DNA from: an uncultured Fibrobacterota bacterium
GTDB lineage: Bacteria > Fibrobacterota > Chitinivibrionia > Chitinivibrionales > FEN-1185
NCBI GenBank assembly: GCA_963753345.1
Contig: CAVWBU010000027.1
Span: 1 to 64,000 of the forward strand
Length of the DNA stretch: 64,000 nt
Direction of reading: 5' to 3'
Of this stretch, positions 45,989 to 56,180 are shown piece by piece (position 1 is the first letter of the stretch; each line of letters opens with the position of its first letter). Below the pieces are notes generated by a model. That model saw only the letters and a list, made by a program, of their open reading frames with translations. It was not told the DNA's origin and did not search any database. The position numbers and the translations under genes were made by a program.

Positions 45989-46525
45989 ATGACTCACCGG
46001 ACCATGCGGAAGAAGCACTCTTCATCGATTGTCGCGAAGTTCGCGGCCGGCATAGGGCAGGACTCACACAGGTTTGAGCGCAGGCGTTCCGCAAAGCCGC
46101 TCGTGCTCGCCGGGGTGAAGATCCCCGGCTGCCCGGGGCTCGAAGGCAACAGCGACGCGGACGTGGTGCTGCATGCGCTCACCAACGCGGTTTCGGGCAT
46201 CACCGGCATCAATATTCTGGGACCCATTGCCGACAGGATGTGCCTCGTCCAAAACATCCGCGACAGCGGCGCCTATCTTGCAAAGGCCACGGAGGCAATG
46301 GGGTCGTGGCGCCTGTGCCACGTTTCGGTCGCAATCGAGGCAAAACGGCCGAGGCTGGTTGGCCACCTGCGCGCCATGCGCGTCTCCCTTGCGCGTCTCT
46401 GTTCGCTGCCGATTGACGAAATAGGAATAACCGCGACCAGCGGTGAAGGACTCACCGCGTTCGGAAAGGGCCTGGGCATCCAGGCATTCGCGGTTGTCAC
46501 GGCGCAGCGCGGCGGGCGGCGCTAG
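45989..46525 (+). CDS. ispF: 2-C-methyl-D-erythritol 2,4-cyclodiphosphate synthase
   Basis: GIGQDSHRF, SDADVVLHA, ATSGEGLTAFGKG. Confidence 0.9.
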   Translation: MTHRTMRKKHSSSIVAKFAAGIGQDSHRFERRRSAKPLVLAGVKIPGCPGLEGNSDADVVLHALTNAVSGITGINILGPIADRMCLVQNIRDSGAYLAKATEAMGSWRLCHVSVAIEAKRPRLVGHLRAMRVSLARLCSLPIDEIGITATSGEGLTAFGKGLGIQAFAVVTAQRGGRR

Positions 46526-48936
46526 GGGATCACAAACACTTTCTGCGCCTGTTTCTTCATGCCCTTCGTTACCGGATCACGGTATCCGACATAGGCGAAA
46601 TAAACTCCCGGCGACACGGCCGCGCCCGCCGCATTGCACAGATGCCAGTCAAAGCCGTACGTTGATTCCGCGAGCGAGCGGGGCTGGCTGTTTTGCCCCT
46701 TAACGTCATGTGCAAGGAGCGTGCCGTTAATGGCGTATATCCACAGTTCGAGGAGGTTCGCGCCGCGGAACGCCATGCGGGTGTCGCGCGATTTTCGCGC
46801 CGGATTGGGATACGCGACATACGGAACCGACGTGTCGACGGTGAATGCCCGGACAAACAGCGCGTATATTCCGGGACCGGGCGGCGCACACTGCCACACC
46901 ACATTCGATGAATCGCCGGCAACCGCGGCGCCTGCGCAGGAGGACCATTTTCCGGACGAAGCGCTGTAGCGGCAGAGGGCGAGCGAGGAATCCGGCACGT
47001 GATGCAGCGCGGCGATCGCGTGCACGCCGGCGCGGGATTCCGTGATGGAAAGCTGCATCGCGGCGCCGCCGTGCAGCCACGAGAGCGGAAATTCGACGTC
47101 GTAGAATGATCCCGCCGCAAAGAGGCTGTCGCTCAGGGCCGACTGCGCCTGCTGCCCGGATATGACGGTTGTCGCAACAGTCAACGAACACAGAAGGTCT
47201 GCGGATGCGAGCACCGAGACCGTTGCATAAGGGGCGGTTGCGGGGGTGCCGGCCGCGGCCGAGGAATACAGTGCAGTTTCCCCTTTGTGAACCGTCACGC
47301 CGCAGGGCTGGAAGCCCACCGTGGCGGTCCTGGCGGTGTCGTACCGGGCATTCACCGCGATCACCAGCGCTTCGGTGAAGTTCTGCCAGCCCGCAATGAC
47401 GGTTGCTCCGACGCCTTTCGACGACAGCGGAAGCGTGAGGATGGAGTCGTGGGCGGGGGCGGAATCCTTTTTCAGGATGCAATGCACGCTCCACATCGGA
47501 CTCGTGTCGGCGCCGCCCGCCGCGGTCGTGTCGCCGGTAAAGCTGAGCCCGAGCGTGGGGTTGTCGGTCGGCTGGTGCAGGTAGGAAAACGTGTTCATGC
47601 TGAAAAGGTCAACCGGTTTCGTCACCGAGCCCGAAGCATCGGGAACATCGTTCGGGTACGTCCAATCTCCACCGAGCAGGGGCGCGTCGGTAATGAACCT
47701 GCCGGGCACCGCGCGGGGCCCGGTGTAGTAACTCCCGGTGTAGAAACTGCCCAGGATGTCGGCCCAGGTGCGGCCTGCGGCCGCAGAGGACTTGTCGAGA
47801 TCGGGCTTGAACCGGATTGCCTGCTGGTAATTATTGAAGAGCATGTTCTTGACAAAGTCTATCCTCGGCGTCGGATAGGCGAATTCGTACAGATAATGGG
47901 TGGCAAGAGCGTTTTTGTAAAGATCGTTGGGGTCCGGGGTCGTCCAGACAAACGCAGGGGCGAAGGGGTCGTCGAAAAACGAAGCGGCATACTGGATGTA
48001 ATCGTGCACATATTCAAAACCCAGGCCTTCCATGAGCACCGCAGTGCCTTCGAGCCACGAGGAGGGAAATCCATCCAGAAACAGGTCGCCGTTGATGTCC
48101 CCGGTGGGTGGCTGCCTGGTCATCGCATACTGTACGCCATGAAAGAACTCATGGCAGCAGGTGACCTCGACCGGTTCTTCCGGGTGCGTTCCGTAGTTGT
48201 TACCGTTGACGATGAACCCGGTCCAATCGTTGCGCAGCTCCATGTAGCAGCGCAGACCGATGCCTGCCGGCACCGAGCCGTACGGCCAGTACCAGGTCCA
48301 GGCGTAGATTCCCGCATCATCCCCGGTAAACTGGCGTATGCATATTTTGTATCGCGGCGACGGATGCGCGGCATCCACCAGCGGCCACGGCTTGACAAAG
48401 CCGAACCTGTCGATTTCCATTGACCACGCGCTGTCGGCGGCGTAGGCCACCAGATCGATGTAATCCGGGACGCCGTTGCCCTTATGCAACCTGTTGCGCC
48501 AATTGTTTGGATCGTACCCGAAGGTGTCGACGGGGGATACAGGCTCCTGGCCGGAGGTGTCGTACCAGATCTCGAAGTTGCCGCCGGGTGAAACGTACGC
48601 CTTCCACGTCGGCGGTATGCCGGCGCCATACTCGTATGTCGCTTTGAACGAAGGTGAGAGAAGGTTCCAGTACTTGGCGAGTGCAAACAGGTCGGCATCG
48701 GTGGGCGTGACCACAGGACCGGATAACGCACCCTTTACTCCGGCGCGCCGCTGGAAATAGGGCAGGAGCGCTGCCTCAAACGCCGGAATCGCCTGCTTGA
48801 TTTGCGCGAGGGTCGTTTTCCCCTCAAGCAGGCTCGATGCAGCGGCATGATGACGGCTCATCAATGCCTTGGCATTGGGAGAGACAGCGCAAAGCAGGAC
48901 AAGAAGTGCCGCTATCCGGCACAGGAGTTTGATCAA
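46522..48936 (-). CDS. Secreted zinc metallopeptidase-like protein with T9SS-like tail
   Basis: Signal peptide, HEFFHGVQ plus WLEGTA, YPNP...IYAING...PGVYF tail; start estimated. Confidence 0.75.
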   Translation of the reverse strand: MIKLLCRIAALLVLLCAVSPNAKALMSRHHAAASSLLEGKTTLAQIKQAIPAFEAALLPYFQRRAGVKGALSGPVVTPTDADLFALAKYWNLLSPSFKATYEYGAGIPPTWKAYVSPGGNFEIWYDTSGQEPVSPVDTFGYDPNNWRNRLHKGNGVPDYIDLVAYAADSAWSMEIDRFGFVKPWPLVDAAHPSPRYKICIRQFTGDDAGIYAWTWYWPYGSVPAGIGLRCYMELRNDWTGFIVNGNNYGTHPEEPVEVTCCHEFFHGVQYAMTRQPPTGDINGDLFLDGFPSSWLEGTAVLMEGLGFEYVHDYIQYAASFFDDPFAPAFVWTTPDPNDLYKNALATHYLYEFAYPTPRIDFVKNMLFNNYQQAIRFKPDLDKSSAAAGRTWADILGSFYTGSYYTGPRAVPGRFITDAPLLGGDWTYPNDVPDASGSVTKPVDLFSMNTFSYLHQPTDNPTLGLSFTGDTTAAGGADTSPMWSVHCILKKDSAPAHDSILTLPLSSKGVGATVIAGWQNFTEALVIAVNARYDTARTATVGFQPCGVTVHKGETALYSSAAAGTPATAPYATVSVLASADLLCSLTVATTVISGQQAQSALSDSLFAAGSFYDVEFPLSWLHGGAAMQLSITESRAGVHAIAALHHVPDSSLALCRYSASSGKWSSCAGAAVAGDSSNVVWQCAPPGPGIYALFVRAFTVDTSVPYVAYPNPARKSRDTRMAFRGANLLELWIYAINGTLLAHDVKGQNSQPRSLAESTYGFDWHLCNAAGAAVSPGVYFAYVGYRDPVTKGMKKQAQKVFVIP

Positions 48937-49117
48937 GGAATCGCTTCCGTTCGAAGTTGAAGATCGCGGTTTTAAAAATACGTCACCAGTATTACGTTTT
49001 GGAATGTAATAGTGGTGGGGGTGAAAAACAAAAGTGCCCGGGGATTGGATTGCGCCACTGCTCTCCAGGGTATATTTTTTGATCACCAGGCTGTCAATCT
49101 TACCGGTTACGGACATA

Positions 49118-49993
49118 ATGGACACTCTTCCCGACGATACTCCTCCTCTCGAAACCCCGTCCTCCAGGAACAACCGGAGTTTTTCCCTGTTCCAGCCGCA
49201 GCCGAGGGTCTCCTCGGGCGAATACGGACCGAAGAAGAAACGCGGCGGCATCTGGGCCGTGCTGGCGGGAATCGGCGTTGTCCTCCTGAAGTTCAAGTCG
49301 ATCCTCATCGCGCTCAAGTTCGGCAAGGTCGCGGGCACCATCATATCCATGTTCGTGATGATATGGGTGTATGCCCTGCAGTTCGGGTGGTGGTATGCGG
49401 CGGGGTTTGTCCTGCTCATCGCCGTGCACGAGAGCGGGCACGTGCTTGCCGCGCGCGGGGCCGGGCTCAAGGTGTCGATGCCGATCTTTATCCCGTTCGT
49501 GGGCGCCTTCATCTCGATGAAACAGCAGCCGACCAACGCGCGGACCGAGGCGATTGTTGCCGCGGGAGGGCCTGTGCTGGGCAGCATCGGCGCGTTTCTT
49601 TGTCTTGGCCTCGGCATCATGTACAAAAGCGAATTGCTCCTCGCCCTGGCCTACACCGGTTGCTTTCTCAATCTTTTCAATCTTGTTCCCGTGCATCCGC
49701 TTGACGGAGGGAGAATCGTGACCGCCATTTCGCCGCTCATGTGGATCATCGGCATTCCGGTTCTGGTGTACATTGCGCTGCGGTATCCGAACCCGATAGT
49801 AATCCTGTTCGTCATTCTCGGCGCGTTCCAGGCCTACCGGCTGTGGAAGTCGCCGAACAAGGAATACTTCGCGGTGTCGCGGACGACCCGGATCACGTTC
49901 GCCGTGCTGTATTTCGGGCTGATGCTCGTGCTCGGCGCGACCATGTCGTGGATTCACGGGTTGCGGATGGCGGCGGCGGGAAACGGATTGTAA
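49118..49993 (+). CDS. Site-2 protease (M50)
   Basis: HESGH, AGGP, NLVPVHPLDGG; multiple TMs. Confidence 0.92.
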   Translation: MDTLPDDTPPLETPSSRNNRSFSLFQPQPRVSSGEYGPKKKRGGIWAVLAGIGVVLLKFKSILIALKFGKVAGTIISMFVMIWVYALQFGWWYAAGFVLLIAVHESGHVLAARGAGLKVSMPIFIPFVGAFISMKQQPTNARTEAIVAAGGPVLGSIGAFLCLGLGIMYKSELLLALAYTGCFLNLFNLVPVHPLDGGRIVTAISPLMWIIGIPVLVYIALRYPNPIVILFVILGAFQAYRLWKSPNKEYFAVSRTTRITFAVLYFGLMLVLGATMSWIHGLRMAAAGNGL

Positions 49994-50017
49994 GACTATT
50001 GATAAATAGAAAAAGAA

Positions 50018-50182
50018 TTGGGCGTTCCCCTCGCTCCGCTCGGGTCGGTCTCCCTGCGGGCTCGGCCATCCGGCCTCGTTGCCGGTCCGCCCCGATGGCC
50101 TGCGGCCGGGGTCGGCCGGCAATTCGCTATAGCTCACCCTCCGGTCCACCTAACGCGTGGCAACCGAATTCCATTCAGTCAA
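50018..50182 (-). repeat. Structured repeat element, copy C (core only)
   Basis: Reverse-complement homolog of copies A and B. Confidence 0.85.
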
Positions 50183-50301
50183 TTATTTCTTTTTGGGCCA
50201 TTTTAAGTGTCCCATGCCGACATGAAGTATTTTTGCAATTTCTAGCACTTATAACGACTTCTCGTCGCACAGTTACTTGACAAAAGAAGAAGGAACTTCG
50301 A

Positions 50302-51195
50302 ATGACCATTGTTCTGCCGAAAGACTACCATGCGAAGGAAGCGCTCGAACAGCGGCGCGTGCTGGTCGTAGACCAGGAACAGGCGCTCAAGGAGGACATC
50401 CGGGCGCTGCGCATCGGCGTGCTCAACATCATGCCGCAGGCCGAACGGTACGAATTGAGCCTGCTGTATCCGCTCGGAAGGTCGGTGCTGCAGATCGAGC
50501 CGGTGTGGATCCGCCTGGAGACGCACACCTACACGAGCACCGACCAGTCGCACCTTGACAAGCTGTACGTCACCTTCGAGGAAGCGGTTGCGCGCAGCAA
50601 GCTCGACGGGCTCATCGTAACAGGCGCGCCCGTGGAGGAAATTCCGTTCGAACAGGTGACCTACTGGGAGGAGATTCAGCGCATTTTAAAATACGCACAA
50701 CGCAATGTCGCTTCCACGCTGGGGCTGTGCTGGGGCGCGCTTGCCATCGCAAAGTTTCTGGGCATGGAGAAGGTGACGTACCCGCGCAAGCTGTTCGGCG
50801 TGTTCAAGACCGTCAATCTCGACCGCTCCAACCGGATCACCGGCGACATGGACGATGTATTCTGGTGCCCGCAGAGCAGGCACTCCGGCATTCCCGACAA
50901 GGTGCTCGAGGAGCGGCGCGACAAGGGGACAATCCATCTTCTCGCGCATTCCAAAGACGCGGGGTATGTGATTTTCGAGAGCGCCGACCAGCGTTTCATC
51001 ATGCATCTCGGCCATCTGGAATACGAGCCGGGCAGGCTCGTGGAGGAATACCGGCGCGACGTAAAGGCGGGCAGGAAGGACGTGAAGCCGCCGAAGAACG
51101 TGGACCTCGACGCACCCGTCAACGTGTGGCGCGCGCACGGCAACGAGTTCTTCTCACAGTGGATAAAGTTCGTTCACGAAACGACGCAGTATTAG
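50302..51195 (+). CDS. metA: Homoserine O-acyltransferase, probably acetyl-specific
   Basis: LNIMP, TGAPVE (Glu at the specificity position), CWGA, PQSRH, GHLEY. Confidence 0.93.
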   Translation: MTIVLPKDYHAKEALEQRRVLVVDQEQALKEDIRALRIGVLNIMPQAERYELSLLYPLGRSVLQIEPVWIRLETHTYTSTDQSHLDKLYVTFEEAVARSKLDGLIVTGAPVEEIPFEQVTYWEEIQRILKYAQRNVASTLGLCWGALAIAKFLGMEKVTYPRKLFGVFKTVNLDRSNRITGDMDDVFWCPQSRHSGIPDKVLEERRDKGTIHLLAHSKDAGYVIFESADQRFIMHLGHLEYEPGRLVEEYRRDVKAGRKDVKPPKNVDLDAPVNVWRAHGNEFFSQWIKFVHETTQY

Positions 51196-51206
51196 AAAGA
51201 AGTCAC

Positions 51207-52109
51207 ATGGAAACCGTCGCGTGGGTCAACAGGCACGTTCCGAGGATCGCGGGGATACTTGAGCGGGCGGTACGGGGCGGTATTTCGGCCCGCGACGAAG
51301 AAGGGCTCGACCTTGCGGGCAGAACCGTCATCTACGATATCCTCAACGACATTCTCGCCGTGCTGTTTCCCGGGTTCTACAGCAGGGACAAGGTGCCCCG
51401 CAAGGAAATGAATTTCTACCTTGGCGATATGCTCCGCCGCATCAGCCTCCGGCTCGTGCGCGTGATGGCCGAAATTCTCAAGTACCACTGCAGGAAGAAG
51501 GGGAAGTGCGACGAATGCACGTGCGAGGCGCGTGCGCAGAGGGTGCTTGCCAAGCTCGTCGAGTCGCTGCCATCGATCCGCGCCACGCTCATCGAGGACA
51601 TCAAGGCCGCCTACGACGGCGATCCCGCGGCGACCTGCCTCGAGGAGATCATTCTGAGCTATCCGTGCATCGAGGCGATCGCAACGCACCGCGTGGCGCA
51701 CCTGCTTTACAAACTGGATGTTCCCTTTGTCCCCAGGATCATGTCGGAACACGCGCATTCGAAGACGGGCATCGACATCCATCCCGGCGCGACCATCGCG
51801 CCGAGATTTTTTATCGACCACGGCACGGGCGTGGTGATCGGCGAGACCACCACCATCGGCCGCAACGTTCGCCTCTACCAGGGTGTCACGCTCGGCGCGC
51901 TTTCGCCGTTTGACAAACAGGGAAATCTCAAGCGCGGCGTCAAGCGCCATCCGACCATCCGCGACGAGGTGATCATCTACGCGAACGCCACCATCCTCGG
52001 AGGGAAGACCGTCATCGGTAAAGGCGCGATCATCGGCGGCAACACCTGGATCACGCGTTCGGTGCCAGCCGGTGCCGTTGTGTACAAGGGTCAGGAGGAC
52101 GGAAAATGA
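51207..52109 (+). CDS. cysE: Serine O-acetyltransferase
   Basis: GDPAA, TGIDIHPGA, FFIDHGTGVVIGET, KRHPT. Confidence 0.92.
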   Translation: METVAWVNRHVPRIAGILERAVRGGISARDEEGLDLAGRTVIYDILNDILAVLFPGFYSRDKVPRKEMNFYLGDMLRRISLRLVRVMAEILKYHCRKKGKCDECTCEARAQRVLAKLVESLPSIRATLIEDIKAAYDGDPAATCLEEIILSYPCIEAIATHRVAHLLYKLDVPFVPRIMSEHAHSKTGIDIHPGATIAPRFFIDHGTGVVIGETTTIGRNVRLYQGVTLGALSPFDKQGNLKRGVKRHPTIRDEVIIYANATILGGKTVIGKGAIIGGNTWITRSVPAGAVVYKGQEDGK

Positions 52110-52246
52110 TGAAGAGCAAGCGTCGGCCGCGGTAAACGACGCCAACGGGCAAACGCGTTTTCGAAATCCTTGGATTATGTCTTCCTGAAATCTTGTTTCT
52201 TTGCATTGCCGTCACTCTGTCGCCCGACCGCACCCGGGAACTGCGC

Positions 52247-52447
52247 ATGCACGTCACGGTAAACGGCAAAGAAGAGGCCATTGATGCGGGCGTGTCGCTC
52301 AATCAGCTGCTTGCGTCCCGCGCCATAAACCCTCATGCGGTTGTTGTGGAAGTAAACCTCGATATCATACCGCGTGAACGCCTCGCGTCGGTTGTTCTCA
52401 AGGAAGGCGATACGGTTGAGATACTGAGGTTTGTGGGAGGCGGGTGA
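52247..52447 (+). CDS. thiS: Sulfur carrier protein ThiS
   Basis: 66 aa ending FVGGG; upstream of thiG. Confidence 0.93.
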   Translation: MHVTVNGKEEAIDAGVSLNQLLASRAINPHAVVVEVNLDIIPRERLASVVLKEGDTVEILRFVGGG

Positions 52448-52566
52448 GAGGTATATGCGTGGATGCGTAGACGCGTATATGCGTAAATGCGTAAAAGCGT
52501 TGATGAGTTCAATGTTGAAGGTTGAAAGTTACTAATCAGTTCATAAGCATGATCTCATAGATTCGA

Positions 52567-52679
52567 TGTCACCCTGAGCTTGTCGACCGCGACTACAACC
52601 GCATACAAACCTAAGGAGCAGTGGCGTCTTCACCAACGGTCTATCGAGTACGAGACGGTTCGACAGGCTCACCGTGACA
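52567..52679. repeat. REP-like inverted repeat
   Basis: TGTCACCCTGAGCTTGTCGA...TTCGACAGGCTCACCGTGACA. Confidence 0.7.
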
Positions 52680-52781
52680 CATTTTGTGTAGCATTACTTA
52701 TGAACAGCTTAGTAAAAGCAATTTGTACCGATTACACACATCAATGAATCATTCCTAGAAAGATCGTGATAGCATTCTGCC

Positions 52782-53552
52782 ATGGAAGACCTTCTTAACA
52801 TTGCCGGAACAAAAGTGCGCTCGCGGCTCATTACGGGTTCGGGCAAGTTCCGCGACGAGCGCCAGCTGGCCGATGTTGTCGAGGCCGCGCAATGCGACAT
52901 CGTGACGGTCGCGCTGAGGCGCGTCGATTTCGACAGGCCGTCGGACAATGTTCTGCAGTACGTTCCCAAGGGCAAGATCCTTCTTCCGAACACCTCGGGC
53001 GCGCGCACCGCGGCCGAGGCGGTTCGCCTTGCGCGCCTCGCGCGTTCCATGGGCTGCGGAAACTGGGTGAAGATCGAAGTGATCCGGGACCAGAAATACC
53101 TTCTTCCCGACAACATGGAAACGCTCGCGGCAACGGAAACGCTTGTCAAAGAGGGGTTCGTGGTGCTGCCGTACATGTCGCCGGACCTTTCTGCGGCACG
53201 GCGTCTGGTGGAAGCCGGGGCGGCCGCGGTGATGCCGCTTGGCGCGCCCATCGGTTCGAACCGCGGCCTGCGAACGCTCGATCTCATAGAGATCCTTATT
53301 GACGAAATAGATATCCCCGTTATCGTGGACGCGGGAATTGGCAGTCCGTCGCACGCCGCGCATGCCATGGAAATCGGCGCGGCCGCCGTACTCCTCAATA
53401 CTGCCATTGCGTCAAGCGACGACCCGGTGAACATGGCGAATGCATTCAGGCTTGCCGTGGAGGCGGGGAGGCTTGCGTTTCTGGCCGGGCTGGGGAGCGT
53501 TTCGAAAACAGGGAGACCGTCGTCGCCGCTCACCGGGTTTCTGGATAGATAG
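52782..53552 (+). CDS. thiG: Thiazole synthase
   Basis: [35 protein letters not shown]. Confidence 0.97.
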   Translation: MEDLLNIAGTKVRSRLITGSGKFRDERQLADVVEAAQCDIVTVALRRVDFDRPSDNVLQYVPKGKILLPNTSGARTAAEAVRLARLARSMGCGNWVKIEVIRDQKYLLPDNMETLAATETLVKEGFVVLPYMSPDLSAARRLVEAGAAAVMPLGAPIGSNRGLRTLDLIEILIDEIDIPVIVDAGIGSPSHAAHAMEIGAAAVLLNTAIASSDDPVNMANAFRLAVEAGRLAFLAGLGSVSKTGRPSSPLTGFLDR

Positions 53553-53717
53553 ACAGAAAGAGAAGATCCACCACGGAGGCACGAAGGACACAGAGAAAAA
53601 AAAGGATTGGAGTCAAGTGCAATAACCACGGGCTGAATGCGTCGGCACTGATTCCAACCGTCAACTGTTAACTGACAACTGTCAACTGGTTTGCTATTAC
53701 ACCCGGGCGTAGTATTC

Positions 53718-54848
53718 ATGTCCTTCCTCGACATCATCAAGAAATACGAATCATTCGATTTTGCCGGTTTCTTTGATTCCGTCACCCCGCAGCAGGTGGA
53801 AACGGTTCTTGACAGAGACAAGCTGCGGCCGCTTGACTTTCTTGCCCTGCTCTCGCCCGCAGCCTCGCCCTTTCTGGAACCCATGGCGCAAAAAGCAAGC
53901 ACGATCACCAGAAAGAATTTCGGCAGCGTGATGTTTCTGTTCACGCCCCTGTACATTTCGAACCACTGCGACAACGGCTGTCCGTACTGCTCATTCGCCC
54001 GCCAGCACCGCATTGCGCGGAGTCATTTGTCGTTTGAAAAGATTCGCGGCGAAGCCCAGGCCATTTCCGCAACCGGCATGCGGCATATTCTCGTGCTCAC
54101 CGGCGAGTCGCGCTCAATGGCGTCGCCGGAATACGTTCGCGAGGCGGTTTCCATCATTCACGAACACTTTGCGAGCGTGAGCGTCGAGATCTATCCTATG
54201 ACCAGAGAAGAATATGGCGCGCTTGCAGCGTCCGGAGCCGACGGCCTCACCATCTATCAGGAAGTGTACAACGAGGAGCGTTACCACGAACTGCACCGGG
54301 GCGGGCCCAAGGACAACTACGCGTTCAGGCTCGATGCCCCGGCCCGCGCCGCGCAGGCCGGCGTGCGCTCGGTGACCGTGGGCGCGCTCATGGGACTCTA
54401 CGAGCCGAGGTCCGAGGCGTTCTTCGCGGGACTTCACGCCGCGTGGATGCAGAAAGCGTTCCCCGACGTCGAAGTGTCGGTTGCCTTTCCGCGCCTGAGA
54501 CCCATGGTGCGCGAGTTCGAGCCCTATTGCGAAATTAGCGACCGGCTCTATGTGCAAATGCTTGCGGCCGCCCGTCTTTTTCTTCCGCGGTGCGGCATAA
54601 CGGTTTCCACGCGTGAATCGCGCGAGTTCCGCAACGCCATTGCGCCGCTGTGCGTCACCAAGATGTCTGCGGGAGTGTCGACCGCGGTGGGCGGTCGTGC
54701 GAGCGGCGTTGCCTCCACGCCGCAGTTCGAAATCGCCGACGACCGCTCGCTTGACGAAATGAAATCCGACCTTGCGGCGATCGGGCTGCAGTCCGTGATG
54801 CAGGACTGGAATTCACACTACGTTGAGGGTGGCGCGGATCGGGGATAG
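53718..54848 (+). CDS. thiH: 2-iminoacetate synthase (radical SAM)
   Basis: PLYISNHCDNGCPYC, STRE, SAGVSTAVGG, QFEIADDR. Confidence 0.95.
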   Translation: MSFLDIIKKYESFDFAGFFDSVTPQQVETVLDRDKLRPLDFLALLSPAASPFLEPMAQKASTITRKNFGSVMFLFTPLYISNHCDNGCPYCSFARQHRIARSHLSFEKIRGEAQAISATGMRHILVLTGESRSMASPEYVREAVSIIHEHFASVSVEIYPMTREEYGALAASGADGLTIYQEVYNEERYHELHRGGPKDNYAFRLDAPARAAQAGVRSVTVGALMGLYEPRSEAFFAGLHAAWMQKAFPDVEVSVAFPRLRPMVREFEPYCEISDRLYVQMLAAARLFLPRCGITVSTRESREFRNAIAPLCVTKMSAGVSTAVGGRASGVASTPQFEIADDRSLDEMKSDLAAIGLQSVMQDWNSHYVEGGADRG

Positions 54849-54941
54849 CCCCACAGTCCTATTTTGTGCAGCCTGAAAGGCTTTTGTGGTACGCCTATGG
54901 CGTTTTCTCGAAAAGAAACCACGGCCTATGGCCGTGGTCCT

Positions 54942-56147
54942 TTACTGTATCGCGCCCATCATGTCGAAAATCGGCAGGTACATAGCGACAAGCATGCCTC
55001 CCACCAACCCGCCCATCATGACAATCATGATAGGTTCGATTATGGAGGTGAGGGCGGCAACGGCCGCGTCCACTTCTTCGCCGTAGAATTCGGAGATTTT
55101 TCCGAGCATGCCGGCAAGGTCTCCGGTCTTTTCGCCCACGGCAATCATCTGCGTGACCATGGGCGGGAAAAGTCCTGTTTCCCTGAGCGGATCGGCTATC
55201 GAGAGACCTCCGCTTATCCTTTGGACGGTGCGCTCAAGCCCCTTTTCCAGCACCATGTTACCGGCGGTCCTGGCAGTGATCCTGAGCGCCTCCAGAATGG
55301 TGACGCCGCTCGTGAGCAGCGTGGAAAGGGTTTGCGAGAACCGGCTTATTGCCGTTTTCCTTTCCAGGTCGCCGATGATGGGAATTTTCAGCCTGAGATA
55401 ATCTATGTTGTATCTGCCATTTTCGGTTCGGTAGTACGTCGTCAGGGCGATACCGGCCCCCACGACGCCGATAATAATGTAGGGCAGACCATGCCGGACG
55501 AGATTTGAGAGATCCATGACGATTTGGGTTGGTAGCGGCAGCTTGCCGCCAAGGTCCGAGAACATCTTGGCAAACGTCGGGATGACAAAAATCAGCATTA
55601 TCGACGAAAGGCCTATGGCCATCACGCCTACGATGGCCGGGTAGGTGAGAGCGCCAACTATTTTGCGCCGCAGCTGTTCGGACTTTTCCTGATATTCCGC
55701 AACGCGGTTGAGAACGCCGTCGAGGTTGCCCGAGGCTTCGCCGGCGGAAACCATGTTGCAGTAGAGCGAATTGAAGATTTGCGGATGTTTGCCGAGAGCG
55801 TCCGCCAGTGTGCTTCCCACCTGGATATCGGACGAAATCTGCTGGATCTTCTGGGAGAAATTCTTGTTTTCGGTCTGGGAGACCAGGATGTCGAGGCACT
55901 GGACAAGCGGAAGGCCCGAGGAGGTCATGGCGGCAAGTTGCCGCGTAAACCTGCTGAGCGCCGCAAGGTTTACCTTTCCTCCGCCGAACCCCGGAATGCT
56001 CAGCCCCATCGACTTGGCCTTTACGGAAACGACGCGAATCTTCTTCCTGCGAAGCGCGGTGATGACTTCGTTCTTGGCCCCGGCCTGCAATTCCCCTTTC
56101 ACCTGCTGGCCGTTAGCGGCAATGCCGACGTATTCAAACCGTGCCAT
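54942..56147 (-). CDS. pilC: Type IV pilus platform protein (PilC/GspF family)
   Basis: FTRQLA, GEASGNL, ALTYP, VGEKTG, AMYLPIF. Confidence 0.93.
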   Translation of the reverse strand: MARFEYVGIAANGQQVKGELQAGAKNEVITALRRKKIRVVSVKAKSMGLSIPGFGGGKVNLAALSRFTRQLAAMTSSGLPLVQCLDILVSQTENKNFSQKIQQISSDIQVGSTLADALGKHPQIFNSLYCNMVSAGEASGNLDGVLNRVAEYQEKSEQLRRKIVGALTYPAIVGVMAIGLSSIMLIFVIPTFAKMFSDLGGKLPLPTQIVMDLSNLVRHGLPYIIIGVVGAGIALTTYYRTENGRYNIDYLRLKIPIIGDLERKTAISRFSQTLSTLLTSGVTILEALRITARTAGNMVLEKGLERTVQRISGGLSIADPLRETGLFPPMVTQMIAVGEKTGDLAGMLGKISEFYGEEVDAAVAALTSIIEPIMIVMMGGLVGGMLVAMYLPIFDMMGAIQ

Positions 56148-56180
56148 GTGATCTCTCCTTTGTCCAGGAAAAAGACCGTG

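Noticed and set aside
48937-49626. N-terminal extension of the 1034-aa ORF
   Set aside because: Overlaps the opposite-strand site-2 protease; the signal peptide indicates a start near 48936.
52110-52246. Expected TPP riboswitch upstream of thiS
   Set aside because: Conserved CTGAGA and CCTGA...TAAT motifs are not visible.
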